Shown piece by piece: positions 11,200 through 22,288 of a stretch of DNA of 64,000 nucleotides. The notes beneath the pieces were generated by a model. The model saw only the letters and a list, made by a program, of their open reading frames with translations. It did not search any database and was not told the origin of the DNA. The position numbers and the translations under genes were made by a program. How positions within the stretch are numbered: position 1 is the first letter of the stretch; each line of letters opens with the position of its first letter. The stretch is from Eukaryota sp. TZLM1-RC (taxonomy: Eukaryota; Protista; Metamonada: BaSk clade): positions 1,466,624 through 1,530,623 of the forward strand of contig JAUPSS010000007.1 in assembly GCA_040285825.1 (NCBI GenBank), in the 5' to 3' direction.

Positions 11200-12900
11200 T
11201 CACTCTCTCACCTCCCTTCTAAATGTCTCTGGTCTGATCCCAGTAAAATGTTCAGAAATCGCAATCTCTAGCTGATTTCTTGAAGCGGAAATGTCACTAG
11301 ACCAGCGTTCATCACATCTAGGACATTCAAAGTAAGCATTATTGATTCTTCGAGTATCTTCATGATACACCTTCCTGTGATGTACCTTGCAACAATTGGT
11401 TTTGGCAGATGTCATGTATTCATCTCCAACCTTCACATTGGCAAAGTATTTCTTTACTTCTGTCAGAAACTTCTTAGTTGGGGCTTTGGTGGATTTTCGA
11501 GAAGGTCCATTACCACCATTACCAAACCAAATAATAGTTTCCCTGTTATTAGCTAGTCTCTTAATTTTGTTCACAAAATGAATGAACCTTTTTTGTCTTC
11601 TTATCACAAAATCTTATTTCGTCTCAAAATTCTCTCTGTACTATTGGTCAAACCAAAGAAATTGTTTACTGCTCATCATTCCTTATCAGTGAAGCTATTT
11701 CAATGAGATACCTGTTGAAGCTCTCAACGGAATAAGTGTTCACAGAGGATTGAGTGAGTGGCTGGGGAAAATCAATTACTTTTGCTTTCGGATTCAGTAG
11801 AATTCCAGATTGTTCAACAATTACCCTATTCTCTTGTGAACAATGTCCAGTTGTCCAACCACATAAATTTGAATGGTTTGGATCAACCGCCACGAAAAAA
11901 AGGTCTTCTCTGATGGGAAGATCCTGCGAGCAATCTTGAGACCGTCTAGCAATTTTCCTCGGTCGGTTAGCTCGCCCATTTATTCTCTTATTTCGTTTTC
12001 TAGTGGACTCTCTGAAATAAGGACGACTTTGACCCAATGCTTGAATTTCAGAATTTTTTCGCCTGGTGCACGTCTTTTTGGGTTTCTTTGAAAAAGTGAA
12101 GCGCAATGAGAGTCCATTGCTAGAAACTGAGAAAGTTTTGAATTTTTTCTTGTTAAAAAACTTAAAAGGGTTCCGTAATAATTGTTGGTTAGGATTCAAT
12201 TTTTTGAAATATTCCAGAGCTTGTTGATTAAAAGGAACAAACCCTGGAACTTTGGTGGCAATTGGGGATAAGGCATGTCTTCGAAATACATTTGGGCATG
12301 TACTTTCTAGACGATGTAAAATTGACAATCCCCAATGGCTTATCAACCAACAATTATAAACAGTGACATCCAATTCATCACGCCTCAGGGCACGCGTAAA
12401 CAAATCATTAGATGTTACTGTTTGGTTCCAAATTTCGGAAATATGAAAATGATATTCATCATACCATTGTCTTAAATTTTCAGAAATTGTGGAACCGCAA
12501 ACCACACAACTGGCATACTTTGATGGAGCAGGACACTCCATCAGAACATTAGAGACTTATGTTGAAACAAGAACTTTTTCAAATAGTTGATGAATGGTGG
12601 TTTGTAATTGTCATATTTTAGACAATGCATTCACATAAAATGAAACAGAATAATGTGGACTTGAAAAGAGTGTCTCATTGATTACTAACGGTATTGGCAA
12701 CAAAGGAAAAAAGGGAATGATATTGTTTCCTTATCCAAATTGAGCAGATCATTTCATTTGTTCATTTGATTAAGGATCTCCTGAAGTTGAGTAAGTTGAA
12801 TCGTGGAAGTTTTCAAATGTGTTGATTCCAGGAATTCTGCTGTGAATTTCACTCCTGTTTTCAACTTTCTCAATGTCTTCTCACAGGCTGCAAGAGACAT
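11200..12900 (-). pseudogene. Fanzor1 (TnpB-related RNA-guided RuvC nuclease), compact type, disrupted
   Basis: RuvC-I FVAVDPN, IIWFGNG...KAP, RuvC-II GDEYMTS, CC...CPRC zinc finger, RuvC-III WSSDISASRN, terminal RPETF. Frameshifts at about 11607-11670 and stops in 12541-12900 (candidate ATG at 12900). Confidence 0.85.
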
Positions 12901-13982
12901 GTAGCGTCATTTGACAAAGACAATCATGATCTCCATCAATGGGCTACCTCACTTAAATACACCTACTGCTTTCACAGAACAAAGCCTCGCGACTTGATGT
13001 ATCTAAGTGGATCTACCAAATTTTACTAAGCTATTTGTAGATCGGTCTCAAAAGTTTTTGTTTTTGTATGCTCAGGATATCTATTCATCTCCTCAACAGA
13101 GCTTTTGGGCAAATGTATCTTTCCGGCCACAATTCCGCTTTTTTCTTAATTTAAATATTTTTTGCAGCGGAAATATCTCTGTCATATACTATTTTCAATG
13201 TCAAAATTGGAAAATCTGAAGTTTGAAACCAGACCCAAAATCTGATCTTCCAACCTGAGCAACCTTCTGCGGTCTTTCTCATTTCCGTACTCCGACTTTG
13301 GGATGCATCTGTAACTTCACACACATGATACTCTTAGTGTCATGATTCGGGGACAGAAGGGTAGACATCACGATTGCCATCAGTTCAGCAGCCTTGCCTA
13401 ACGCATCTTGGATTTCTATTCCGTAAATCCTGTACCTATCGGTTATTGTAAGTGTTTCGTTTGACTCAATCACTTTTTTGATCTCAATGTTCATGGATTG
13501 GCTTGATGTCTTCACCGTTGTACTTTCTTCTTGATGTAGATTCTTCCGTTATAAAGTTTTACTGGACAGTATTTTTTTCAGTACATACATCATCTTTTTT
13601 GCCAACACTATTGTTTTCAAGATTGCCATTGAAACATAATACATAAATCATTTCTTCATGTATCAAACCTGCCTTGTATCACTTGTGCATAAGCATGTTT
13701 TTATTGAAAGTGTGAAAACACAATAACATTCAACTTATAAGAGTAACTGTCCGTCATAAAAAGGCATTTCAATGGCGACTTGTTTCACTACTTTTTTGGA
13801 CTGGATTTTTAATCAATTTTGTAGCACTAGCGGTGGATGGACAGATTCTAGATGAATTTGACAATTTTCATTGATCACGCACCTGAATATCGTAAGCGTT
13901 GAGCTGACAAATTTCCAAACATTTACCTAAAAAATAATGAAAAGTTTTACAATCGCACATAGAGAATCAAGTTTGACATAAC

Positions 13983-14400
13983 ATGAGTCAATTCAACAGT
14001 GATTCAAAGAAATGGCTGCCGATACTATCTGAATTCGACTTTGATATAGTCCATGAACCAGGTGAAGATAAGCACTGGGCAGATATGCTATCAAGGAATA
14101 TTGATTTAGATCAAAACGAGGAAACTCCTTATATCTGTATTATAAAAATACCAGATACTTTACTTTCGAATTACGAGATACTTCCACTAGACAATAATTC
14201 TTATTCGGACTTCGAAGATATCCCATCAATCTCATCTCTAAGTAGACACCAGGACCTTCCTATTGTTTCTTCTTGGTTCTCTAAAATAAAATCTGAACAA
14301 CAAATAGCCACAAAAAAAGACCCTCTATTTGAGAAAATGCAATTTTAGATGAAAATACTCAAATTTGGAGAAATAAAAAAATACAATTTTAATTCCAAAA
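13983..14400 (+). mobile_element. Ty3/gypsy LTR-retrotransposon pol relic (RNase H end to integrase linker)
   Basis: KWLPILSEFDFDIVHEPGEDKHWADMLSR matches the RW..L.EFDF.I.H.PG..N..AD.LSR motif. Confidence 0.75.
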
Positions 14401-14419
14401 AGCCGTGAAAATCATCCTC

Positions 14420-14772
14420 ATCATCAAACAGATTTAACAACAGAGGTTCCAAAAAGGATTCATTTCTATGAGACTTACACATACATTATAAATGGTCTCT
14501 TACAACATCATGAACCTTGCTTCTAAAAGTAATTAAATGTTTACAATTTAACAAATGAGTAATTGTAATTTCTCGAGAACATTTACAAATTAAATTATGA
14601 GGTAAGTTATCAGGCCAGATAAGGGAACGAAGTCTCATATTTAGAGTCCAAGCAGAATCGGTTAAGAGAGTACCATAAACTTGAGAAATTGTTGTTACTA
14701 AGGCAGAAGAAGTACTGTCACACATATCTTGTAAAAGATTTGCAAGAGCGGGATTCTTTTTCTTGGCCAAGC
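14420..14772 (-). mobile_element. Family A non-LTR retrotransposon internal fragment
   Basis: LAKKKNPALANLLQDMCDSTSS...HLLNCKH...VHDVVRD is nearly identical to 30860-31210. Confidence 0.9.
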
Positions 14773-15224
14773 GAATTTCTATTTCTCAAAATTGACACAA
14801 TTAAGACAAAATTTATGTCATTTTGCCACTATGTCCTGCAAACAAAACTGAGGAATACTCTGACAAGAATAAGTTACATCATTGATGTATGTAAGTTACC
14901 TACATACGGTTCTTATTGATTGAGTCAAGTGAAGTTGTCCTTCAAATTTCAGTGTAAATGATGTGAATGAAAGCCTACTTGTCAGAAAACTTTTTATTTA
15001 CAAACTAAGAATGAAAAACGAACATTAAAAATTTTCATCAAACACTAGACAAAACAATAGTCAATTTTGTCAAATAAATCCAGACCTTCAAAACCATCAA
15101 GTTGCCAAAAATGCCTACATTAAACGGTGTAATTAGTCTGGGTATTAAATACTCTGGAGCAAGCTAAGTTTTTGAGTCGTTTTTAAGCATGTCAATTTTT
15201 GAAATAAATTGTCTCAAATATATA

Positions 15225-15810
15225 TTAAAAAAATAGATTTCTTCATTCAAACATATTTTCATGCAGAAGGATTGACCCTGCGATCAGGTCAAATTCCTTT
15301 TGTTACTACATCAAGGTCAACAACGAAGCTTCATCTGTCGATCCATGTCAAAATATTAAACGTCTTCAGTCCAATGCAGAAATACCTGCATCTGTTCGTA
15401 GCCTTGTTTAAAAAGAACTCAGAAAACATGATCTAATTGCCAATGTTGACAAATATGATATGTCTGTATTCTTACTCCAATTTCATCAACGCATCATTGA
15501 TTAGGGCATTTGTTTACTTGACGAACAGAAAAGATCTGTAAATCGTTGATGAAAATGTAGTAATAATGCAGACATAGCTTATTTATCAACATTGACAGAG
15601 AGATGATGTTCGCAAAGTGTCTTGGTCCTTCAGGGACAAGACGACGAACAAAAGCAGGTATTGCTGCATTGTACCCAAGACGTTTGATATTTTGACATGG
15701 ATCGACAGATGAAGCTTCGTTGTTGACCTTGATGTAGTAACGAGTGGAAGGTGGCATCTTAGTAGCGTCAATCCCTTGTGAGAAGGCCTACTTGAATGCA
15801 GAAATTAGTT
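15225..15810. repeat. Diverged inverted duplication of about 220 bp
   Basis: gttactacatcaaggtcaacaacgaagcttcatctgtcgatccatgtcaaaata at about 15302-15355 is present reverse-complemented at about 15688-15741; similarity extends into the flanks. Confidence 0.85.
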
Positions 15811-15949
15811 CACAATTTTTTTGTAAAATAAAATCAACATCTAAATAATCCATCTATCCAAAAAGAAAATAACTAGATGTAACTCTTTCATCAGGAGTTT
15901 TGAGACAAAGCAAAACATCAAAGACCATCTTCATCATCCACTCAAAAAT

Positions 15950-16700
15950 AATAAACACAGTTCTATTTTGCCAAAGAAAATGTTGAAATTTCTGTTAGTA
16001 CTTCTCTTTACAATCAATTTAAATGTGCAAGAAAGCGTATAGCCGTGGGAGTAAGCGAACCAAATAGAGGAAAAACCTATGGATAGAAATTGTATTTTGC
16101 ATGCTGTTGGCTGGAAAATTTGAATAAAGGTTCATTTAAGTTTGATTCAGAAATTTTTAACATCTGAAGAGGGTTGTAAATTTCAGAATACGAAAGCCTT
16201 TCAAATGAGGCATTACAAGGATCGACAGACATTACATCCGAAAAACTGAAGGTTTCATACAATCCAGGTAAAACGACATCACCTCCATTATTGTTATGGA
16301 AATCACCTTCAGTATCAAACAGATTTGACAACAGAGGTTTTAGGAAGGATCAATTTCATGTGACTTGTCGACACAATGTAAGTGGTCTCTCAGGCATTGT
16401 GAACTTTGCTTCTAAAAATAATAAAACGTTTACAATTGCATAAATGAGTAATTGTAATTTCTCGAGAACATTTACAAATTAAATTATGAGGCATATTATC
16501 AGGCCATATTATCAGGCCATATAAAGGAAGGAAATCTCATATTCAAAGTTCAAGCAGAGTCAGAAAAAAGAATGTCATAAACTCGAGAAATTGCTGTTAC
16601 TGAGGTAGAAAAAGGACTATCACCCATTTGTTGTAAAAGATTTGAAAAAATGGGGTTCTTTCTCTTCGCCAAGCCATCTAACATCATTATCCAAGCTATC
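15950..16700 (-). mobile_element. Degraded 3' half of a family A non-LTR retrotransposon
   Basis: SNLFDTEGDFHNNNGGDVVLPGL...DVMSVDPCNAS...QHAKYNFYP matches the family A REL domain. Confidence 0.8.
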
Positions 16701-16970
16701 ACAAATCTTTAAAAATTTTTGTTGGGGTTTCATCCCAAAAATGTAATTATAAAAGAGGTCCCTTCAATCGAATTAGAGAAGGTTTAACTAAACATCATGC
16801 AGATGAAGATTTTGTGGAGAAAATACTGGTGCAATAAATTGCGTGTCATCAGTTGTCTGTATCAGTCACATGTGAAGGTTTGCGTGGACGATTTTCCTTT
16901 TGGAAAAAGTAACACGTGGGCATTTGCTGGCATTTGATTTCTCTGACTACACCCTCCACTATGTTCATAA

Positions 16971-18623
16971 ATGTCCACAGACATTATATTCCTTGATGAC
17001 AAGAATGAACACACAGATCATACTGAACCACTAACACGGTTGTTTCCCTCTTCAGCAGAACTAGCACATGCACTTAGCCTTCCCACAGTGTTCAACCTTA
17101 ATGTTTTTCTCACTCAACAAGGCCAGCTCATCACTCGTTACAACACAGACTTTATTCATCACAAAAAAATAGGAAAAGGTGGATTTGGTGACGTTTTTCT
17201 TGCTCAATCCCGCCTGGATAACCTCTACTATGCTGTCAAGCGTATCTCCTTCTCACAGTCATCCCTTAATTTCGACAAGGTTTTACGTGAAGTCCGTATT
17301 CTAGCTAAGCTCAGCCATCCTCTCATTGTCCGCTATTTTTCTTCGTGGATTGAACCTATCCTGGATGACCCTGACCCCAACCCTGCTCTCACCTCCCGCC
17401 CTTCTTCCCCTCAGTCACTTTCGCTCTCAAGATGGTGCCTGTACATCTCCACTGAGCTCTGTGCTCCTTACACCCTCAAACAACTTCTTGAATCTCCTTC
17501 CTCTTTCTCTCATCCCAAGTCTATCCCCCAACTCCAGAAATCCCTTCTCCTTGCATTGAACTACCTTCATTCTCAAGGTGTTGTTCATAGAGACATCAAG
17601 CCTCTCAATGTTCTTTTCCAACTCACTTCGTCCTCAGCATCAGATGAACCGAGACTACTACCAAAGTTAGCTGACTTTGGTCTTGCACAAGACACTCTAC
17701 CTACAAAAACTTTCATTGAAGTCACTAATCAGGATAACACGGATGGAACCTCTTCTGTTCTTGGTACGCCCTGGTATGCATCACCTGAGCAACTAGAAGG
17801 TTCAAAATCAAGCTTTTATTCTGACATTTTCTCCCTTGGTCTTGTGTTTTTTGAGCTTGAATATGGACCTTTTTTAGGTTCACAAAAAGCTTTATTGTTT
17901 AATAAAATGCGGCATGGAGAATGCGTTTTTGAAGAAGACGATGATTCGGAAATTAGATCAATAATAGAGCTCATGACACATGTCACCCCTGAGAAGAGAT
18001 CAAGTGCACGTGACTTACTCAATTTGGAATATTTTGCGAATATTTCGTTTAATTTTGATGATGGGATCAAACTTTCGCCACCAATTGATGAAGCAAATTT
18101 TGAACTTCCTGCTGCAAATAATTCGAATACGCTGTCTGAACTAAAAACAATGACGTGTTCAATGATCTCTTCTTGTCAAGATTTGTCATCTAATGATTGC
18201 CAATCAATTCTGATTGTCTATCAAGCATTGGTTTATTGTCAACAATTATACCAATTTTCTGAAAAATTAGCTTCTGTTTATCATTTTTCTCAACTCTTTA
18301 TTAATGAAATTGAAAATAATTTCAGTGATGAAATGTTGAATAATTCCTTGTCGAAATTAATTAATAATTTGTTTGAAAATGATGAAGAATTATCTAAATG
18401 TTTTTCAACAAATCCCGAGCTAGCTGACAGAGTGGAGAATTTTAAAATTTTTGTTGATTCATTGGATGAGCTGTCAGATTCCAGAATTTTGGAAATTTTG
18501 GGATCTTGGGCAAATATCCACTCTAAACATTTGATCAAACAAAATAATAGAGATTCAATTAACTTTTCTTTTGTTACTGATATTGAAAGACTTGTGACAA
18601 GTTATTTGGACAATGATCCTTAA
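16971..18623 (+). CDS. eIF2-alpha kinase-like Ser/Thr kinase (PEK/HRI/GCN2 family)
   Basis: IGKGGFGDV, YAVKRI, REVRILAKLSHPLIVRYFSSWIE followed by a kinase insert, HRDIKPLN, DFGLA, GTPWYASPEQ. Confidence 0.85.
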   Translation: MSTDIIFLDDKNEHTDHTEPLTRLFPSSAELAHALSLPTVFNLNVFLTQQGQLITRYNTDFIHHKKIGKGGFGDVFLAQSRLDNLYYAVKRISFSQSSLNFDKVLREVRILAKLSHPLIVRYFSSWIEPILDDPDPNPALTSRPSSPQSLSLSRWCLYISTELCAPYTLKQLLESPSSFSHPKSIPQLQKSLLLALNYLHSQGVVHRDIKPLNVLFQLTSSSASDEPRLLPKLADFGLAQDTLPTKTFIEVTNQDNTDGTSSVLGTPWYASPEQLEGSKSSFYSDIFSLGLVFFELEYGPFLGSQKALLFNKMRHGECVFEEDDDSEIRSIIELMTHVTPEKRSSARDLLNLEYFANISFNFDDGIKLSPPIDEANFELPAANNSNTLSELKTMTCSMISSCQDLSSNDCQSILIVYQALVYCQQLYQFSEKLASVYHFSQLFINEIENNFSDEMLNNSLSKLINNLFENDEELSKCFSTNPELADRVENFKIFVDSLDELSDSRILEILGSWANIHSKHLIKQNNRDSINFSFVTDIERLVTSYLDNDP

Positions 18624-18842
18624 TGTGACGCATTCGCTGGGGATTATTCTATTTGGATTCATTTAGAAAAGACTTTAAATACCGCCTTGCAATAATGTCG
18701 TTTATTTTGTGGTAAGAGACCTTTTAGCAATATCAAAATATAAATCTACTTTTTCCAATTCAGATGTCTTTGATCATTTTTATTTCCACATATAAAAAAT
18801 TCAGAAAAAAAATTTAGATAAATACATTCTATTCACAACAAA

Positions 18843-19673
18843 CTACTTATTAGGAATTTTCATTCGAAGAGCACTAATGGTGGTCCAATCAATCTTTTTT
18901 CTAAAAACAGGTAGCTTTCTTCTAAAGGATTTCATTACACGATCATTAACAGTTTCCCATAAATTACCTACATTAACGAGATAATCAACCTCAAACTTAC
19001 GAATGTGCTTCGCAATGGACTCTGCAGAAACTTCGCTTAGGGTGACTTTTGTTTCAGATTTGGGGTTTTTTCCTCGAAGGTGGACGTTTCCTGATTCAAA
19101 CATGTGAACATATGGCATGACGTTTGGTGAAACTGTGGCGAGATCAGAGGAGAACAAAAAGCGGGAAAACCAGTGACCAGCATAAGAGGAGGCCTTGTTG
19201 ACATTGGAACAGGCGAACAGAATCTCAAAGGGACGATCATTGAGATTAACAATGGTATAGACACCCTTCTTGTAGTATTCTTCCACGTACTGGTTAAGAG
19301 TGGTAGTAAGATCACCGACAAGGGAGGCATTGGAGTTGTTGACAAGCTCTGGGTCTAGCTCTTCCACTTCAGAGATCGTGAGTTCTTCTGATAGTGTGAC
19401 CACCTTGGTACCGGTAGTATCAATGTACTGCTTAGGTGACATTTTAGTTGATGCTGATAAAATACAGGAAACATCATCGCTTTCGACTATATGACCATAT
19501 TGTTCCGCTCGCTCGAAATTGAAGACAGTGGGTTCAACAGAGACACCGATTTGAGTAAGACAATCATCTATCTCACGAAGTTCATTTGGGGGAGATGCAA
19601 CAACGAGATCCTTGATGATATCATGCAGATCATCATCAGAATGTTCAAATTCGGAGGAAGATGACGAAGACAT
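18843..19673 (-). CDS. CAPZA: F-actin capping protein subunit alpha
   Basis: SPPNELREI, YAGHWFS, VHMFESGNVHL, MKSFRRKLPVFRKKIDW. Confidence 0.9.
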   Translation of the reverse strand: MSSSSSSEFEHSDDDLHDIIKDLVVASPPNELREIDDCLTQIGVSVEPTVFNFERAEQYGHIVESDDVSCILSASTKMSPKQYIDTTGTKVVTLSEELTISEVEELDPELVNNSNASLVGDLTTTLNQYVEEYYKKGVYTIVNLNDRPFEILFACSNVNKASSYAGHWFSRFLFSSDLATVSPNVMPYVHMFESGNVHLRGKNPKSETKVTLSEVSAESIAKHIRKFEVDYLVNVGNLWETVNDRVMKSFRRKLPVFRKKIDWTTISALRMKIPNK

Positions 19674-20068
19674 GGGGTATTATGTTGTGGAGAGGTAAAT
19701 CAAACAGTACAATTGTTTTTGCTTTTCATTTTTTGTTTTCTTTTATTTATTTTCACATTGAGCTAGCTAGAGATTAGTCGAACATCAAAAACAAGTGATT
19801 AGAAACAGAACTAGTCTATTTTGGTCAAATGTAACACTCACCAATTTATAATCTGAATCATTGTCTGATGGTTCCATCTATTTATCTCAAACCACCTTGC
19901 CCAAACTCTGCTGTTTCTACCCAAAAAATTTTGGGCAACCAAAAGATCACAGCATTTCTGAATTGGACATTGATCTTCAAAACTTACAAATCAATGTCAT
20001 GAACATCTACAAATTGTTTTGAGACTAACTAGACATTATATAGACATTATTATTTTTTATTTTTTTAG

Positions 20069-20665
20069 TGACATTGTTTTCAATATGGCACAAACTGCAA
20101 GAATATCGCGTATCAAAGAGCCTCTGCTGAAGGAAACACTTTCTCTGAATAATTTTGGTTCTGATGATAGAGGTGATGTATACTGTGATTGGATTGATAA
20201 TTCTGAAGCTATTGTTGACTTTGTCTCATGTAATGTTGCAAATGATGCTTTGGTTCACAGAAGAAAACTCAATCCTGTGAGTGCTCTTGATTTTAAAGCA
20301 AATGAAAAACACAGAAAATGAGATAAAGATATTGAAGAGGCTAATGCTGATAGAAATACACAGCTGGTCTTTATTGCTTTCCCATTTTCGATAAATGGAA
20401 GATTATCAGCCGAAGCAGGAAATTTTTTGAATGACTTCCAAAAAATGGTCCAAGAAAAAACAATGAAAAGATTTGACATTTTTTTATGGCGTTCACGGAT
20501 TCAATTTGCCATTATTAATAGATTACCTCGGTTTTTCAATCGAATGAGACAAGTTTTAGCTAGAGAGCAATCAGATCAAGATTTTGTAGAGGAAATTTTG
20601 GTTCAATGATAGTCGTCCCATTTGTTATGAGTTAATTTAATTAAGTGTGCAAATTCAATAAATGA
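20069..20665 (+). mobile_element. 5'-truncated family B non-LTR retrotransposon (REL domain and 3' UTR)
   Basis: KEPLLKE...RGDVYCDW...VDFVSCNV...AFPFSINGRL; same 3' tail (ttaagtgtgcaaat..aataaa) as 58761-59368. Confidence 0.9.
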
Positions 20666-21152
20666 AATATTTCAATCTGCAATGATCTTTGAAGATTTGA
20701 AAGAGCCCTGTATAAACGAATAATAGGTTGCTTCTGCTACATTAAATTGCAAATCTCACACCCACAATCCTTGGTGCGAGGGGTGCGAACTTTTCAATCT
20801 CCACCAACACTGATGTAAACTTCTCAGCAACAAGACAGAATCAGCCCCATAATTAATTGTCAGTTGCGTCACAGACCATACCTTTAAATTTCAACTTTTC
20901 ATTTTGGAATTCCAGGACAATCGAATTCCAAGGTATGTAACAGAATCAAATACTATTTTTAAAAATTCTAATCTAGCACTGATCTGGTATCACTCTTTCA
21001 ACATCTTTCGTGTTATTTATTTTCATTTATATTTCTCCATGCAAAAACAACTACAATTAAAACTGTTTGTGATCCAAAACTTTTGACATTTATCAACTAT
21101 CTGTTCATTCACATTTATGTACACTTAAAGACAATAAATCATCACATCTACT

Positions 21153-21941
21153 TTACACATTCTTCTTTACTTTAGAAGCAACAACAGATGCAAAAGATCT
21201 TTCAAAAGCAGCTGGTGGTTTCAAACACAAAGGAGAGGGATTCTTCTGTACAATGCCCTCTGCTTCCAGTGTCTGTAGTCTTGGCTCATTCAGTTCGCTT
21301 GGACGTTGTTTAGGAAGCGAAGCTTCCACTTGCAGAACATGCTCAGTTGGATGTTGCTCCACGGCGTTAGATTCATCATAATCCTCTTTTAAAATACAAT
21401 TGACAGGTTTCCCGAGAAGAACAGTGTCTGGGGCTTGGAGGAAAGTGAATGCTGACTGAGCATCCCTGACAGTGTGAAACTTAATGTACCAGCATATACC
21501 ATCAAGATAACACTTCAAAGGAACAAATGATTTGTCTTTGAACAAACTCAAAACATCTTCCTTGGTACATTCATTAGGAACTTCTCTCAACATGATGAGG
21601 TTTCGGCGCATGACACGAGGTCCGACTGCATAACGATTTCCTACACGTTTTAACTGCAGCTTCTGGCTTTTGCTAATAGCTTGGGCAATGTAGTGTATAT
21701 CTCGAGACAACTTCTTAACCCTGTTGAAAGAACTGATGTGATCCAGATCAACAAAACCAGAGGTGTCCATTAAACTTTTGAGATAAGTATCTCTTGCCAG
21801 ATTTTCTGAGGAGAAATAGTATTCGATTTGCCGCTGAATATCCTCAAGCATTTGGCACTGTTCAGGGAGCAAAAGGGGGGAGGTGGGGTGAAGTGAAGGA
21901 CAATTGTGGGAAATTCGTAGGATTTCAAAATTTAGGGACAT
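21153..21941 (-). CDS. La-related protein (La motif plus RRM, LARP4-like)
   Basis: QIEYYFSSENLARDTYL...GFVDLDHISSFNRVK, then IMLREVP...WYIKF RRM; the true start may be the ATG near 21851. Confidence 0.85.
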   Translation of the reverse strand: MSLNFEILRISHNCPSLHPTSPLLLPEQCQMLEDIQRQIEYYFSSENLARDTYLKSLMDTSGFVDLDHISSFNRVKKLSRDIHYIAQAISKSQKLQLKRVGNRYAVGPRVMRRNLIMLREVPNECTKEDVLSLFKDKSFVPLKCYLDGICWYIKFHTVRDAQSAFTFLQAPDTVLLGKPVNCILKEDYDESNAVEQHPTEHVLQVEASLPKQRPSELNEPRLQTLEAEGIVQKNPSPLCLKPPAAFERSFASVVASKVKKNV

Positions 21942-22216
21942 TAAGTACCATCAAAATTAAATCGAACAATAAACTTTAAGAAACAAATAAAACACAGATT
22001 GACACTTCAACAAAATAGAAAAAATATCCTTCAACATTCTTCGTTGAAGTGCACCAATTATGTCTTCGATTTTTTGAACTATAAATTGCACGATTTTCGT
22101 AACGTAATAATAAACATTACAATAGACAACATTTTTCAATGAAGAAAAAAACTCCATTAACATTTCAACATTATTGTTATTTCTGATGTCATCAAGATTC
22201 GATTCCACAAAAATTA

Positions 22217-22288
22217 CTCGGTTACGGGGAATCGAACCCCGGCCTCCCGCGTGACAGGCGGGGATACTCACCACTATACTATAACCGA
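22217..22288 (-). tRNA. tRNA-Asp (GTC)
   Basis: TCGGTTA/TAACCGA acceptor stem, AGTATAGTGGTGAGTAT D arm, CCCGC-CTGTCAC-GCGGG anticodon arm, GGTTCGATTCC T arm; T-run terminator just downstream. Confidence 0.97.

Noticed and set aside
11089-12851. 12-bp direct repeat CTGTGAATTTCA at 11089 and 12840
   Set aside because: One copy lies inside the presumed coding region, and such a match is plausible by chance in AT-rich DNA; not accepted as a TSD or element end
19898-19940. TTGCCCAAA...TTTGGGCAA inverted repeat upstream of the capping protein gene
   Set aside because: Isolated 9-bp stem with no supporting context
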